Source: Octopus sinensis (Eukaryota). Taken from it: a stretch of DNA of 64,000 nt. The position numbers were made by a program, and so were the translations under genes. Shown here piece by piece: positions 11,767 to 24,570 of this stretch. Every line of letters begins with the position of its first letter. The stretch's first letter is position 1. The stretch is from positions 13,888,001-13,952,000 of the forward strand of contig NC_043013.1 of the NCBI RefSeq assembly GCF_006345805.1, in the 5' to 3' direction. The notes below the pieces were generated by a model, which was given only the letters and a program-made list of their open reading frames with translations, was not told the origin of the DNA and searched no databases.

Positions 11767-12766
11767 GACCTATGGAAGTATGCTGTGCGTGAGAAGACCC
11801 GGCAAGACTAGTCAGGCCATAACCCGTGGCCCCTACCTGGGACGTAGTCAGTCCACCTGTGCATACCTTCCTTCTTGTGACACTTGTGAAGACCTGTTGA
11901 GGCAAGTGAAAATCAAACAAAATCAAACAAAATAGATGAACATCAATGGAATTTGTATCTTTGTGGTACCAGTGCCGGTGGCACATAAGAATACCATCCG
12001 AACATGGCCGTAGCCAGTACCACCCCGACTGGCCTCCATGCTGTGGGCACGTAACAATCACCATCCAATCGTGGCCGATCGCCAGCCTAATCTGGCTCCT
12101 GTGTCGGTGGCACATAAAAAACACCATCCGAGCGTGGTCGTCTGCTAGCCTTGTCTGGCACCTGTGTCGGTGGCACATAAAAACACCATCCGAGCGTGGC
12201 CATTCGCCAGCCTCGTCTGGCACCTGTGTCAGTGGCACATAAAAAACACCATCCGAGCGTGGTCGTCTGCTAGCCTTGTCTGGCACCTGTGTCGGTGGCA
12301 CATAAAAACACCATCTGAGCGTGGCCATTCGCCAGCCTCGTCTGGCACCTGTGTCGGTGGCACATAAAACACCATCCGAGCGTGGTCGTCTGCTAGCCTT
12401 GTCTGGCACCTGTGTCGGTGGCACATAAAAACACCATCCGAGCGTGGCCGTTCGCCAGCCTCGTCTGGCACCTGTGTCGGTGGCACATAAAAACACCATC
12501 CGAGCGTGGTTGTCTGCCAGCCTTGTCTGGCACCTGTGTCGGTGGCACATAAAAACACCATCCGAGCGTGGCCGTTCGCCAGCCTCGTCTGGCACCTGTG
12601 TCGGTGGCACATAAAATCACCCACTACACTCTTGGAGTGGTTGGCGTTAGGAAGGGCATCCAGCTGTAGAAACACTGCCAGATCTGACTGGCCTGGTGCA
12701 GCCTTCGGGCTCCCCAGACACCAGTTGAACCGTCCAACCCATGCTAGCATGGAAAGCGGACGTTAA

Positions 12767-12797
<31 letters not shown>
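9597..12797 (+). mobile_element. 5'-truncated RTE-clade LINE with long 3'UTR and (GAT)n tail
   Basis: RT ORF, 3'UTR with a 62-bp array, terminal GGCGTTAGGAAGGGCATCCAGCTGTAGAAA motif and (GAT)n tail. Confidence 0.9.
12101..12612 (+). repeat. 61-63-bp tandem array (8 units, alternating A/B variants) in the RTE 3'UTR
   Basis: Unit starts at 12101, 12164, 12226, 12289, 12351, 12412, 12474, 12536 and a partial unit at 12598. Confidence 0.95.
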
Positions 12798-12798
<1 letters not shown>

Positions 12799-13001
12799 AT
12801 TAAGATAATAAACTCAGTTCTTATCATACAAAGTCTATAGTTACAATGAAAGCTTAAATACACAGATATAATATTACCAGAAATCTGATGATATGACTGT
12901 GATAATATTAACTGTAAATATATTTTAACATGTAGACAACAAAACAAAATAAAACAGATGCATTTTATAGTCTCATGTTATGCTTCCATTCATTGTTACA
13001 G

Positions 13002-13027
13002 AACTCGGATATGGAACCAAAAGAAAC
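13002..13027 (+). CDS. TRPM: TRPM 26-nt microexon (NSDMEPKE+AC)
   Basis: TTACAG acceptor and GTAAGT donor; provides the phase 0 to 2 shift needed between exon 7661-7723 and exon 18990-19077 (AC+A = Thr). Confidence 0.7.
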
Positions 13028-13194
13028 GTAAGTCAGATTTCTTTTTATACTTACTAATTCTAATTCCTGTGGTTTACTGTTGTCCTTTATGTAGGTTACT
13101 TGAATTGAAATGTTACTTTAAATTTATTATATTTTACAGTAGCATTCCACCAAATATTTGTCATAAAGTGAGTAAGAATACTCCATGTTTCAGT

Positions 13195-13510
13195 GAGTAG
13201 TGTGTTAGGCTCACAATCACGAGATAGTGAATTCGATTCCTGGACCGTGCTGTGTGTTGTGGCCTGGAGCAAGACACTTAATTTCATGTTGCTGCAGTTC
13301 ACTCAGCTGTAGAAACGAGTTGCAACATCACTGATACCAAGCTGTATCAGCATTTGCCTGTCTGTTGGATAACATCGGTGGCATGGAGAGGAGAGGTTGG
13401 TATGAATGGGCAACTGTTGGTTTTCCATAAACAACCTTACCCAGACTTGTGCTTTGGAGGAGAACTTTCTAGGTGCAATCCCATGATCATTCATGACCAA
13501 AGGGGTTCTT
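13195..13510 (+). mobile_element. tRNA-derived SINE (family B, CORE-like)
   Basis: tRNA-like head with B-box-like GTGAATTCGATTCC and CORE-like GTGTTGTGGCCTGGAGCAAGACACTT. Confidence 0.6.
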
Positions 13511-13675
13511 TATACACTTTCCATCACTTTAACTGCTTAAATATCCATTTTGAAGACTATCCTACCTTCCTACCTCTGAATTGCATTATACAATATTTTT
13601 GTCCATTGTCCTATACCTCATAGGTAAACAGTACCATGATCTTGTTTCTGGATTGCTGTTTATGATGTGGGTTAC

Positions 13676-16140
13676 ACATCATCATCATTTAACATCCACT
13701 TTCCCTGAATGCAGGGGTTGAACGGTTTGTCTGAGACTGGTAAGCCAGGAGGCTGCACCTGGTTCCAATCTAATCTGGCAAGGTTTCTACAGCTGGATGC
13801 CGTTCATAACGCCAACTACTCCACGAGTGTAGTGGGTGCTTTTATCTACCACCAGTACGAGGTCCAGTCAGGCAGGACTGGCATCGACCACACTCAAATG
13901 GTGCTTTTTACATGCCACCAGCACAGGTGCCAGTCAGGCTGCACTGGCATCAACCATGCCTGAATGGTGCTTTTTATGTGCCACTGGGAAGAGTGCTAGT
14001 CAGGTGGCACTGCCATTGGCCACGACTAGTATTTCACTTGACTCAACATATCTTCTCAAGCACAGCATATTGCCTGACGATTGAGTGTACTCTTAAATGG
14101 ACAAGTTCTGTGACACTGTTATCAGCCACAACTACAATCTCACTTGGCTTTGCTGGGTTTTCTCAAGCACAGCAAATCTTCAAAGGTCCCAGTCGCTTGT
14201 CATTGCCTTTGTGAGGCCCAACGTTCGAAGGTCGTTCTTCACTACCTCATCCCATGTCTTCCTGGGTCTATCTCTTCAACAGGTTCCCCCCACTGTTTTG
14301 GTGAGACACTTCACACAGCTGTCCTCATCCATACACAATACATGACCATACCAGCACAGTCATCTCTTTTGCACACCACACCTGATGCTTCTTATGTCCA
14401 ACTTTTTCCCAGGGTGCTTACACTATCATGTATGCACACTGACATTACACATCCAGCAGAGCATACTAGCTTCATTTCTTTCAAGCCTATGCATGTCCTC
14501 AGCAGTCATGGCCCATGTTTCACTGCTGTGTAGCATGGCAGTTCACATACATGCATCATACAATCTACCTTTCATCATGAGTGTAGCATGGCAGTTTTCA
14601 GCCATTTTGAAATATGACTATAGCGATTTCTAATATCTTCACTGTGTGAAAGGCAAGGCAGAAATGATCTTGTTTGAGGTTACAACCATCTTTGGCCAAC
14701 TTGTTCTTGTGGTAAACACTAACCTGATTGGTTGACATATGACACGAGTGGTCTCTACATAGTTCGAGCCACTAGCTGACATGTGACATGTGTGGTCTCT
14801 ACATAGTTCACGCCACTTGTTGACATGTGATGCGGTTTTCTCTACATATTTCATGCCATTGTTCCAAGCCAACCAATCGCGGCCTTTGGTAAGATTCCAT
14901 TTCTGAAGTTCGTTTGAGCCACCCAAACGGTATATAAAGGAGTGTTTTCAGACACTTTTCGTCTTTAGTTCCAGTTCTTCTAAGAACTAACTTAGGCCAC
15001 CTGCTGCTCAACTTAGAGATATGCGATTGTCTCTGCTACTACCTGTTGCTACGCTAATCTATACAAACACCGAAAGCCTGCTATATTCGCCGTCCGCCGC
15101 TACCGTCATGTATCGACCTCGACCTCGAGTAGATTCCAACACCTTGCCATATGAACAGTAAACTAAGTTCCATTGTTAATTCTATGTTCAGTACCTTTTT
15201 GTATGCTTCATGGCACACGAACACACAGACACAAAACCATACTAACGCTTACCAGCTCCTGACGTTGACACAGTTGTAAAATATGTAAAATAAATAATAT
15301 TTATCTCCCAACAGCAAGACTTGTCGCCAATTCACTTATGCTCTATTGTTACTGCATGTATTTATGACTTGTAATAATTCATTAAGAATGGGACCGCGTG
15401 CGATTGTATTCCCTACACAATACGACCACATGTGATCCTGTTTTTACACTTGATGTAGCATGGCAGTTTTCATGAGCAAGAGGCCCTTAGTTGCCAGCAG
15501 ATGTAGGAGCTCCCTGAACTTTTCCCAGGCTATTCTTATTCTAGCCACTACACTCTCAGAGCATCCACTCCTACTACAGACTTGGTCACCTATGTAGCAG
15601 AAGCTATTAACTACTAGCTTTTCCCCTGGCATGTGATGGAATCTGTTTTCTGTATATCTTCAGTGTTTATTGCCCCTGTACATCTGCCACACACAAAAAC
15701 TACCTTCCCAGTAAACCTTCCTTTGATATTGCTGCACCTTCCTTTGATATTGCTCCATAGCTTACACTAGGTACATCGTATGGAGTTTCTACCCATGCCT
15801 TTTCTACAGATCGAACAGGGTCATCTACTTGAAGGGGTTTGTGACTTGTCTGCTTTCCTACTTACTAAGACTTTGGTTTTTGCTAGGTTAACCCTAAGGC
15901 CCTTCAAATCTAGACCTTGATTCCACACCCTAAAACCATTTCTCTGCATGAAGTATGCCTACACCCCTTATTCCATCACTATTACCTTCTCAGAAGAGTT
16001 TATACCTATGTGCTTTGCCTGTGAGGACTCTGGTTGAAGCTCCTTTCCACATGCCCCCTTGTATGCAACATACATCAACACTTCTCCTTTCAAGCATCTC
16101 TACAATCTAGCTAGCCCTACTTTTCAATGTGCCTACATTT
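13676..16140 (-). mobile_element. Degenerate RTE LINE, inverted relative to 9597-12797, interrupted at 14582-15472
   Basis: (CAT)n tail, reverse-complement 3'UTR motifs, and RT residues (GDQVCSRSGCSESVVARIRIAWEKFRELL) homologous to the + copy. Confidence 0.85.
14582..15472 (+). mobile_element. 891-bp LTR-like insertion with 19-bp terminal direct repeats
   Basis: Begins and ends with TGTAGCATGGCAGTTTTCA and is flanked by TGAG on both sides. Contains ~40-44-bp tandem repeats, CCAAT (14873), TATATAAA (14931) and AATAAA (15289). Confidence 0.6.
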
Positions 16141-17869
16141 ACAGTGCCAACTCTGAAAACTGGGAAAGTAATATGGGCTGTAACACAGGAAGGAGATATG
16201 TTATTCAGAACCTGAGAAGGTTCCCGTGATCGTTCGGTAACATTCATATATAATGTTAATCCATATATAATGTACATCACTTGTTATGAATTATGACATT
16301 CTCGGTAAAACATCTCATGTCTATAATATATAGTAGTCTTTTCTTTAGTATTATAGTGTGATAAATAATAGGTGTTGAGTCAGACTTAGAATTGCTGGCT
16401 AAAATACATTAAAAATGTTAATATATACCCAAAACAAAGATAAATTTGAAAGTGACCTTTGAACTTAACTAGTATTGGGTGTAAAATTCTATCAGCTGTA
16501 ATGTCAATCTGTGGAAAGTCAACCAGTACAGAAGAATATCAAAGACAAAATGCAGAATGAAACACTTCCATTAAACTTCTATTTTAATGTTCTCCTTATT
16601 AAATATATTAATTCTTTCCATGAAAGTACAGTATTTCAAGAACAAAGTTTGTTTCATTTAATAACTTACAGTTTAAGTTCACATTTTAATAATAACCATA
16701 TCTACTTAATATCTTTATTGATATCAGTAGGGAACAAACTTTTCATTGAGTTAGATGTGACACTTGTTTATGACTAAACTTTTGACCTCTGAATCTAATA
16801 AATGGGCCCAGGTTCTTTGTATCACATCAACATTTTGAGCATAGGATATCCTCACTTTTTCTGAAAAACCATAACATTACCTCACATAACAAATTTATGC
16901 TTATATTATAGAATGTTTTAAAACTTTAAAAACGATAGGAAATAATAAAACTTGCTTGACTGTAAAGATCATACTAATTTATTTTGTTCACACAAAAGAC
17001 TATAAGTCAATTTTTATGTGCAAATAGTTAAGGTAAAAATTTACACTTATAACTTTTCCTAGAATGTTCAATCTGTGGACAATTTCACTTTATGCTTCAT
17101 CATATTCACATCCCATCTACCCTGATACCATTCCTCCATAACCTTCCCTTTATGTCAATAAGTGGCTCACATATACTGGGTACACCAGGTTTAAGGTGAG
17201 ATCTTGGAGGCCGATTGCTTTCCACCTAATGCTTTGCTCAAGCTCCACTGTCCAACTTTCACAGAAAGCAGAGATACTTGGTGTATCTGCATTGCTGACC
17301 ATGAAGCAAGTATACCATTTTAAGGTCAACACAAAGATGGTGACTATCTTTATGTTTCCATATTTTTCACAAAACCATTCTAAATACCTGAATGGGACTG
17401 CACACACTTTAAATTCTGCTTTGAGCTATTAATGAACAGTCTCATTCAGTTGAGTTGTAGACCTGAATCCCTAATTCCTCCAGTAAACTCTTTGAAATAT
17501 TTATAAATGTCTCTCTTGAAAAAGTCTGAAAACTTTTGAAATGCACCTTGTACCACATGCACTTTTTTGTAAGATGCAACTGCCACACCACAAGGTGGGT
17601 TGACTGCTTCACCGACCATATATGGATATATACCACATGTATGCACTTAGTTTGTGAAATGAAAATGCAAGAAAGCCAACAGAACTGCACCAGAATAACT
17701 GAATATCAACAATCAAAGAAAACCTGGAAACACAGGAAGTAATGACAGTAAATATGAGCAACCAATTAAAATTGTTACCTTACACTGCACCATCTGATGC
17801 CTGATAGGTGCAGCTGCAGAGTGAATCTGCAGAGCAGCTGCTGCTTCATTCAATTTCTCCAAATATATG

Positions 17870-18700
17870 CTGATTGGCAAATGTAAAACTGCTGCTGACA
17901 GAAAGATGAAGGCACCACTAATCAGTTTTCAATGCATGGGATACACAGCTTACTACCAGCTTCACTCAAAGACAGAAAATCTTTACTTCAATAGGAATTG
18001 CAGCATCTGCTGGTGGGATAAGAAGCTGGATGAAATTCATACCGTTACTGATTTTCAAAATATGGACTTCTTCTATGTCAGTATGAAAGAAGAGTACAGT
18101 CTCCTGAAAGATGGTAACACACCAAGGAGGAGTAAGGCTATCTACACCAAGAAACATGGTATCATAAAGTGCAAGTGGCAACATTTTAGAAAGCTATTAA
18201 ACTGTTCCTGAAGAATTTTTTGTGAGGCTCTGGAGTGTCTCCTTGAAATTTTCTAAATTACTAGCCTGGACCTACTGACAAATGTAGAGCAATATAATTT
18301 TCACCTTGTCTGAAATTTGAGTAAAATTAATAGAATAACAGGTCTCACTTTTTGTCATATTTCTTAAATTTATAAAAGTTTTCAACAGTGTAGAGAAGAA
18401 GGGCTTATAAACCATTCTCAAAAGATATGGGTATCCAGATATATTTGTGGAGATATTCAAGTGGGTTCATAGTAGTATGTTTTTCACATTCTCTCTTGGG
18501 AGTGACAGTTCATCACACTTTCCAGTCACCCATAGTGTAAAGCAAGGCTATGTACTCACTCCAACGTTGTTATTCATTATTTTTGGTGCTGTAATTGAAA
18601 GAATGGCAAACAGACTAACTGGCAGAGTGTATCTCCACACAAGAGTAGATATGGTACTGCTGGAGTTATCCAGATTAAAATCTGATATAGTTTGTTACTG
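17870..18700 (+). mobile_element. Decayed BovB-like RTE RT fragments
   Basis: KWQHFRKLLN and VKQGYVLTPTLLF...GRVYLHTR...LSRLKS resemble BovB-type RT motifs. Confidence 0.6.
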
Positions 18701-18989
18701 TAATGGGCATAATCTGCTCCAATTAGTGAAGTTGGAGGAGATTTTCCAGGTGTTATAGTCTATATTGTTTGAATGTGCTGCAGCACTTGGATGATTTCAG
18801 GTTATGGGCTTTGGTTGCATCAGTGATGTGAAGAGACTTGCTCAATGGGATGGTTTTAGTAACCTGCTTTTCTGTTGGAGATGGTTTTCACGTTGCAATT
18901 GTATATTTTATGATTAGAAGATTTAAATTTTAAAAATAATTAAAATTTATTATTAATTAGTAATACAAATGATACTAATTTTAATCTAG

Positions 18990-19077
18990 ATGTTGTTCGA
19001 AGCCTCATGGAATCTATGGGATCAGAAAATGTATGAAGTTCTATAATACTCCTGTCATAAAGTTTTGGATCAGTTTG
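18990..19077 (+). CDS. TRPM: TRPM exon (CCSKPHGIYGIRKCMKFYNTPVIKFWISL)
   Basis: TCTAG/GTATGT boundaries, 1+87 nt; FYNTPVIKFW corresponds to the conserved FYxAPxxKFW before S1. Confidence 0.92.
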
Positions 19078-19584
19078 GTATGTAACTATATGTAAATATT
19101 TAAAATGTTTCTTTGTGAGAGTAAATGTTCCTTTCAAATTAATTTTTAGAGAGAAGAAAACATTTCCTTTTTTAAAACAAATTTTACTAAGGTGCTTGAT
19201 TTCTTCTTCTAGTTTCTCACTTCTTGTAATTAACACTTTTAAAACTAGATGAACTAGGTTGCACATGAGGACTTAATATTTTGAGCAGTTATTTCAAATA
19301 TTAAACTTCAGTGAAATATTAGCATATTCAAATAAGTTAATTTGTATTTAATATTTGATAAAAGTAGTTGAGAATCAAACACAATACTTTGATGTATTTA
19401 GTTCCAGCCTTTCTTGGTTCTAAATTCAGATTTTCCTGAGATTAACTTCGCTCTTCATCCATCTGGGTCAGAAAAATAAGGTATCAATTAAATGCCAGTT
19501 TTGATTTTAATGATTACACTATCCTCTAAAATTTGATCCTTGGTTCCTCAGTTAGAAATTAATATTACTTAATTGTCTAAGGTA

Positions 19585-19790
19585 GTGAACCTACAAAATC
19601 ATTACTGCGCCAGGTAAAATTCTTAGTGCTATTTCTGCCAGCTTTACTTTCCAAGTTCAGATTCAACTGGGGTTGACTTTATATTTAATCCTTTTGAGGT
19701 TGATAAAATGAGTACCAATCAAGGTCAATCGATGTAATCAGCTTACCCATCCCTAAAATTGCTGGCCTTGTGCCAAAACTTGAAGTTATT
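19585..19790 (+). mobile_element. Degenerate SINE (family A)
   Basis: GGGGTTGACTTT...ATCCTTTTGAGGTTGATAAAATGAGTACC core and GCTGGCCTTGTGCCAAAA tail. Confidence 0.6.
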
Positions 19791-20058
19791 ATTATTTCAC
19801 TGTCTTAGTTAAAGATTTTAAAATTTGAATTGCTATTTTGATAATTCTGTTTTAGTAGCATTTTAATGCTTGGAAGTTTAGAAACACAGCCTCTGATCCT
19901 TCCTGGGTTCCGTTCCTCTCATATACTAAACTCCATCTTTCACTTCTCCTCATAAGAAGTTAACAGCTCCTTTTTAGGTTTCAACAAAGAATATTCCACC
20001 TATTTGTCATCTCATTAATTTATATCCTCATTAGCAAATATGAACCTAAAAAAAAACA

Positions 20059-20077
20059 AAATATACGTTCCCTCTCT

Positions 20078-20121
<44 letters not shown>
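20059..20121. repeat. (CT)n microsatellite
   Basis: Seen directly. Confidence 0.95.
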
Positions 20122-20125
<4 letters not shown>

Positions 20126-20874
20126 AGAGAGAGAAGAGTATGAAATGTTAAAACTTTTTTCTTCTTCAAGACATAAAATTTACTCACCCTGCTTTGGCCA
20201 GTCTGATGCTACGGTAGCAGATACTTGCCCAAGATGCTATGCTGTGGATTTGAACCTACAGCATCAAGATTTTAAAACAACCTTCTTAAGAACACAACTA
20301 TGTCTGTGTGGATAGGAAGTACACACTTGGAAATATTCATGTAACTATTGATATAGGCACACACATATGTACTGATACATATACACACATATTACGTACA
20401 CAGAGTCACTCATGCATATACAGATACTCGTCCCACATGCTTACACCCACAACTGCACACACATATGCATATGCATAAATATACTGAAACACATAACCAC
20501 AAACACATATACACACATGCACAGTATTGTGATGACATGCAGACATCCATACACTTATACACATACATATAAAAGAATGCATACCCATTCATACACATGC
20601 ATGCATATGATTTATTGCACAACTATACATGCACATATTCACATTTACACATGCTCAAAGCATAGATTTTGACAATTTTACTTACACCCTTCTAGTTTAT
20701 TGTTTACATTTAAACACAGCAGATATAAAAAGAACACATGAGAGAAAATAAAAATGGGTTTTCAGTTTTTAATCTTCTCTCATGTGTTCCTTTTGTTTGA
20801 ATATAATCAAGTATTTGTCATCAAATCCTTGCGACAATAAATATAATTTTCCTCAAATTCTTTTTCTCTTTCAG

Positions 20875-21003
20875 ATATTTTACGTAATTTTCCTTGGCAT
20901 CTATAGCTATGTGTTACTTGTTGAGCTGAAACCGCAGAGGTCTTTTCTAGAATGGCTTCTTATTATGTGGGTGATTGGAATATTTACAGAAGAAATACAC
21001 CAG
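20875..21003 (+). CDS. TRPM: TRPM exon, S1-S2 (IFYVIFLGIYSYVLLVELKPQRSFLEWLLIMWVIGIFTEEIHQ)
   Basis: TTTCAG/GTAAAT boundaries, 129 nt in phase 0/0; two hydrophobic helices ending in EEIHQ (EEIRQ motif). Confidence 0.92.
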
Positions 21004-22239
21004 GTAAATATAGTCTCAAAATTATTTAATCAAAACCACTTTTGTCCTCTTTGGATTCAATGTTTAAAAAATTAGAAGTTTACAGCTTAGGGCAGTCTGC
21101 TGGAAGCAGACCAACGAAGAGCTTGAAATAAGGATCTGAAAATAACGAGATTTACAGATGAGGTAAGATTGTTTTGTGACATGTAGAGAGAAATGTTTGT
21201 GCACAAGTGACTATACTACATGGTAGTGATGCATGAGCTCTAGATGCAGAAGACATGCATTTCCAAGCAAAAATAAGAGGTCTGCAGCACATTAGGAGGC
21301 CAGAGTACTTGATTCCATGCAAAAATCTGAGTTTATCTTTTTTATTAGTGAAAATCATGTGAGTGTACTTCCAATGGGGGTGGAGTGGGGTGAGGTGAAA
21401 CTTCTGAGGGATCCCCCCACCTCCCACCATACTCTGTTTTCCTGACAAAAAAAGGTTTTGTGGCATATTAGGAGGTCACCATAATTCATTCAATGGAAAA
21501 AAAAATTTCAGGATGGGGAGAGGTCCAGTTTCTCACCCGCCCTTTTTCCCAAACAAAAATAAGGGGTTTGCGAAACATTAGGAGATCAGGGTTTCTGATT
21601 CCACACAAAAAATCCAAGGTTTTTTTTCCTAAATGAAAGCCGTATGGGTGTACTTTACCGATATTTGTTTTACTCTATAACTGTGCAGTAACAATAAACA
21701 TAAGACAAAGCAGGGTAGCAACAACGTAACAATCCAACAAACTCTTCATGAACTATACATGAACCAACCAACAATATTCCAACAAATTATCCAAATAATA
21801 CCTTATGACTTCACTGTGATTAACGCCTACTATCTCTCTCTCATTCAGACCACTACTATTTAAAGTTGTTGAATCAAATCTATTTATACTGGGGGTGTCT
21901 CTCCACATCTTCCCTTTGAGATTTCGACTTCTGTAAGAAACAAAATTTGGAATATTTTTTTCTCTCCAACACCTCTCCCTTTTTGAGATTTTGATTCCCT
22001 AGAGAGTTCATCACCTTTTCCATTTAGAAATTATTTGTAAATTTTCAGTCTATTTTTGCTTTCTGTTACTGCTCCTTCTAGCCTCAAACTCTTTCAGTGC
22101 TGGCACGTCGAACATGTCATAAAACACTTCCATTGGAATTTCCTTTCTTTCTTCTGTATGTTTGGTTTCTATTTGATTTAGGTGTCACTTATGCTTTCAT
22201 CATTGACTTTTTATTAAATGCATCATGTTTCTTGTATAT

Positions 22240-22410
22240 CCATTTCTGCGGTGCAGCTGGACGTCTTTTGGCCTGTATATATCACTCTAGTTCGACCCAT
22301 CCTCAAATATTGCATCCATACCTCAAACCCATATCTCCAGAAAGACATTCAGCACCTTGAACGAGTTCAGCACTTGGCCACTCGAAAGGGCGCAGGCTTG
22401 TCTAAGCTTG
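22240..22410 (+). mobile_element. CR1-like RT C-terminal fragment
   Basis: YITLVRPILKYC...PYLQKDIQHLERVQHLATR. Confidence 0.7.
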
Positions 22411-22489
22411 CATAAGAGGAACATCTCCAATGGCTGGCATTGCCTTCACTCAAACGATGGAGGATGCAGGGAGATCTCATCCGACTTTC

Positions 22490-23830
22490 AACACGGAATG
22501 GATAGTCAGAGGGAAACTAATCACATTCCTTGAGGAAAATAACTTGCTGAGTGATACCCAGCATGACTTTCAACTAGGTAAGAGCTGCCAGACCTGGCTC
22601 TTACAACATTATGACTGGGTGTTGAGGCAGTTACTCCACAACTCAAATGTGGATGTAATATACCTTGTTTTTGCAAAAGCTTTTGACAAAGTGGACCATG
22701 GTATGATATGCTACAAACTGCATGATCTTGACATAGCTGGAAAACCTGGAGAGTGGTTACATGACTTTCTGAAAGATAGAAGTCAAGCAGTATTGGCGAA
22801 TGGAGCCACCTCAATGAAAACACAAATACTGAGTGGTGTTCCGCAGGGCACTGTCTTGGGACCACTGCTTTTCATAGTGGCCTTCTTAGATATGCCCTCA
22901 ACTGCCCGGATAGCCACCCTTGCTAGCTATGCAGGTGATATGAATCTCTCGCAAAAAGTGCAGAACTCCAGCGATGTTGCACATCTGCAGCAGGAGTTGG
23001 ACTTAATTTATAGATGGGCTGAAGATAATAATATGCAGTTCAATGCTGAAAAATTCCAAGCCCTGAGCTACTAGCATCCAAAACTGAATATAAAACTTAC
23101 AGGGTACATTGGTCCACAGGGAATTACAATCCCAGAGCCTAAGTCAGTGAGGGACCTGGGTATCGACATGAGTGATGATACCTCTTTTCAAGTGCACATT
23201 ACCAGAATGGTGACAAAGTACAGATGACTGGATGGCTGGATCTTGAGAATATTCAGAACAAGAGATAAGGAAACCATGATGGTCCTCTGGAGGACATTTG
23301 TTCTCAGCTGCCTGGATTACTGCTCAAAGCTATGGTCACCCAACCATGTAAAAATTAACTGTTGACCTTGAAGCTTCACATAGAAGATCATATTTTTGCA
23401 ACAGCTCAGCTACTGGGAAAGGTTGAAATAGCTAAGACTCTACTCACTGGAGCAGAAGCAGGAGACGTATGCAGTAATTTACATCTGGGAGATCCTGGAA
23501 GGAATTGTGCCAAATTTTGGCATTTGAAAGCTACACTAATGCCAGAATGGGTCGACACTGCATAGTGCCAAAGATCCCAGCAATATCATCACGCTCCAGG
23601 ACCAGTTACTGCAACAGCCTAGGTTTCAGGGGCCCACAGCTTTTTAATATTCTCCCAACGAGCCTGAGGAACCTGCACAAAGTAGATGTAGGTGTTTTTA
23701 AATCAAGGTTGGACCTCTTCCTGTTGAGAGTCCCAGACGAACTACCTCACAGTAAGCGGTGCAAATGAGGATAGCTACATCAAACTCCATTCTTCACCAA
23801 GTGCCACATATTAGAGGAGGCTCAGTACTC
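22490..23830 (+). mobile_element. 5'-truncated CR1/L2-like LINE, same family as 55530-57060
   Basis: WLLQHYDWVL...FAKAFDKVDHG...[13 protein letters not shown]; near-collinear with the reverse complement of 55.6-56.9 kb; has stops and frameshifts. Confidence 0.88.
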
Positions 23831-24309
23831 CATCATGGTTACAGCTCTGAGTTGAAACTACAAAAAAAATATAAAAAGGAAAAAGTAAAAGAATCAAAAG
23901 GAAGAGTAAGTACAATTAAGCAGCTTTCTAATCCCTGCAAATGTTTCCTCGTATATACGGAGACAGCAACTGAGTATCACCTGATGAGATACATATAGAT
24001 CTTCTTATACAGGTAAATTGTTACATAATTTAATTTACATTTATCTTTAAATCCTGTATATACAAGGATATGTATGTATCAAAACATTTGCAGTGATTAG
24101 AAAGCTGCCTAACAGCACTTGCTCTTCCTTTTGACTCTTTTACTTTTTACTTTTTATTTTCACACACAAAGAATACTTGAGACTAGAATTAGTAGCATAC
24201 CATAAGAATACTACCAACTATTTGGGAATTCTAAGGGTGAACTAGTTCTATTTGTACTCTTATACATTCTTAACAGAACACACCTCAATTATAAATATAT
24301 ATGTATATC

Positions 24310-24570
24310 CAGACCGGGTCTCATGCTGGCGGCACATAAAAAGTACCAACCAATCATGACTGATGCCAGTACCCACCGACTGGCTCCTGTGCCAGTGGGC
24401 ATGTAAAAAACACCCACTACACTCTCAGAGTAGTTGGCGTTAGGAAGGGCATCCAGCTGTAGAAAGAACAGATTGGAGCCTGGTGCAGCCACTGGCTCTC
24501 CAGACCTCAGTGAAACCATCCAACCCATGCCAGTATGGAAAATGGACATTAATCGATGATGATGATGATA
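24310..24570 (+). mobile_element. RTE-type 3' tail fragment
   Basis: GGCACATAAAAAG unit, GGCGTTAGGAAGGGCATCCAGCTGTAGAAA motif and (GAT)n tail, as at 12620-12797. Confidence 0.8.

Noticed and set aside
12101-12612. CRISPR-like appearance of the hairpin-containing repeat array
   Set aside because: Units are contiguous with no unique spacers, there are no cas genes, and the array lies in a eukaryotic LINE 3'UTR.
17150-17560. Second mariner-like end (TACAAGGTGCATTTCAAAAG on the minus strand)
   Set aside because: No matching second TIR or convincing transposase motif found.
21330-21660. G/C-run-rich segment with weak internal direct repeats
   Set aside because: Similarity too short and degenerate to define a unit or element by eye.
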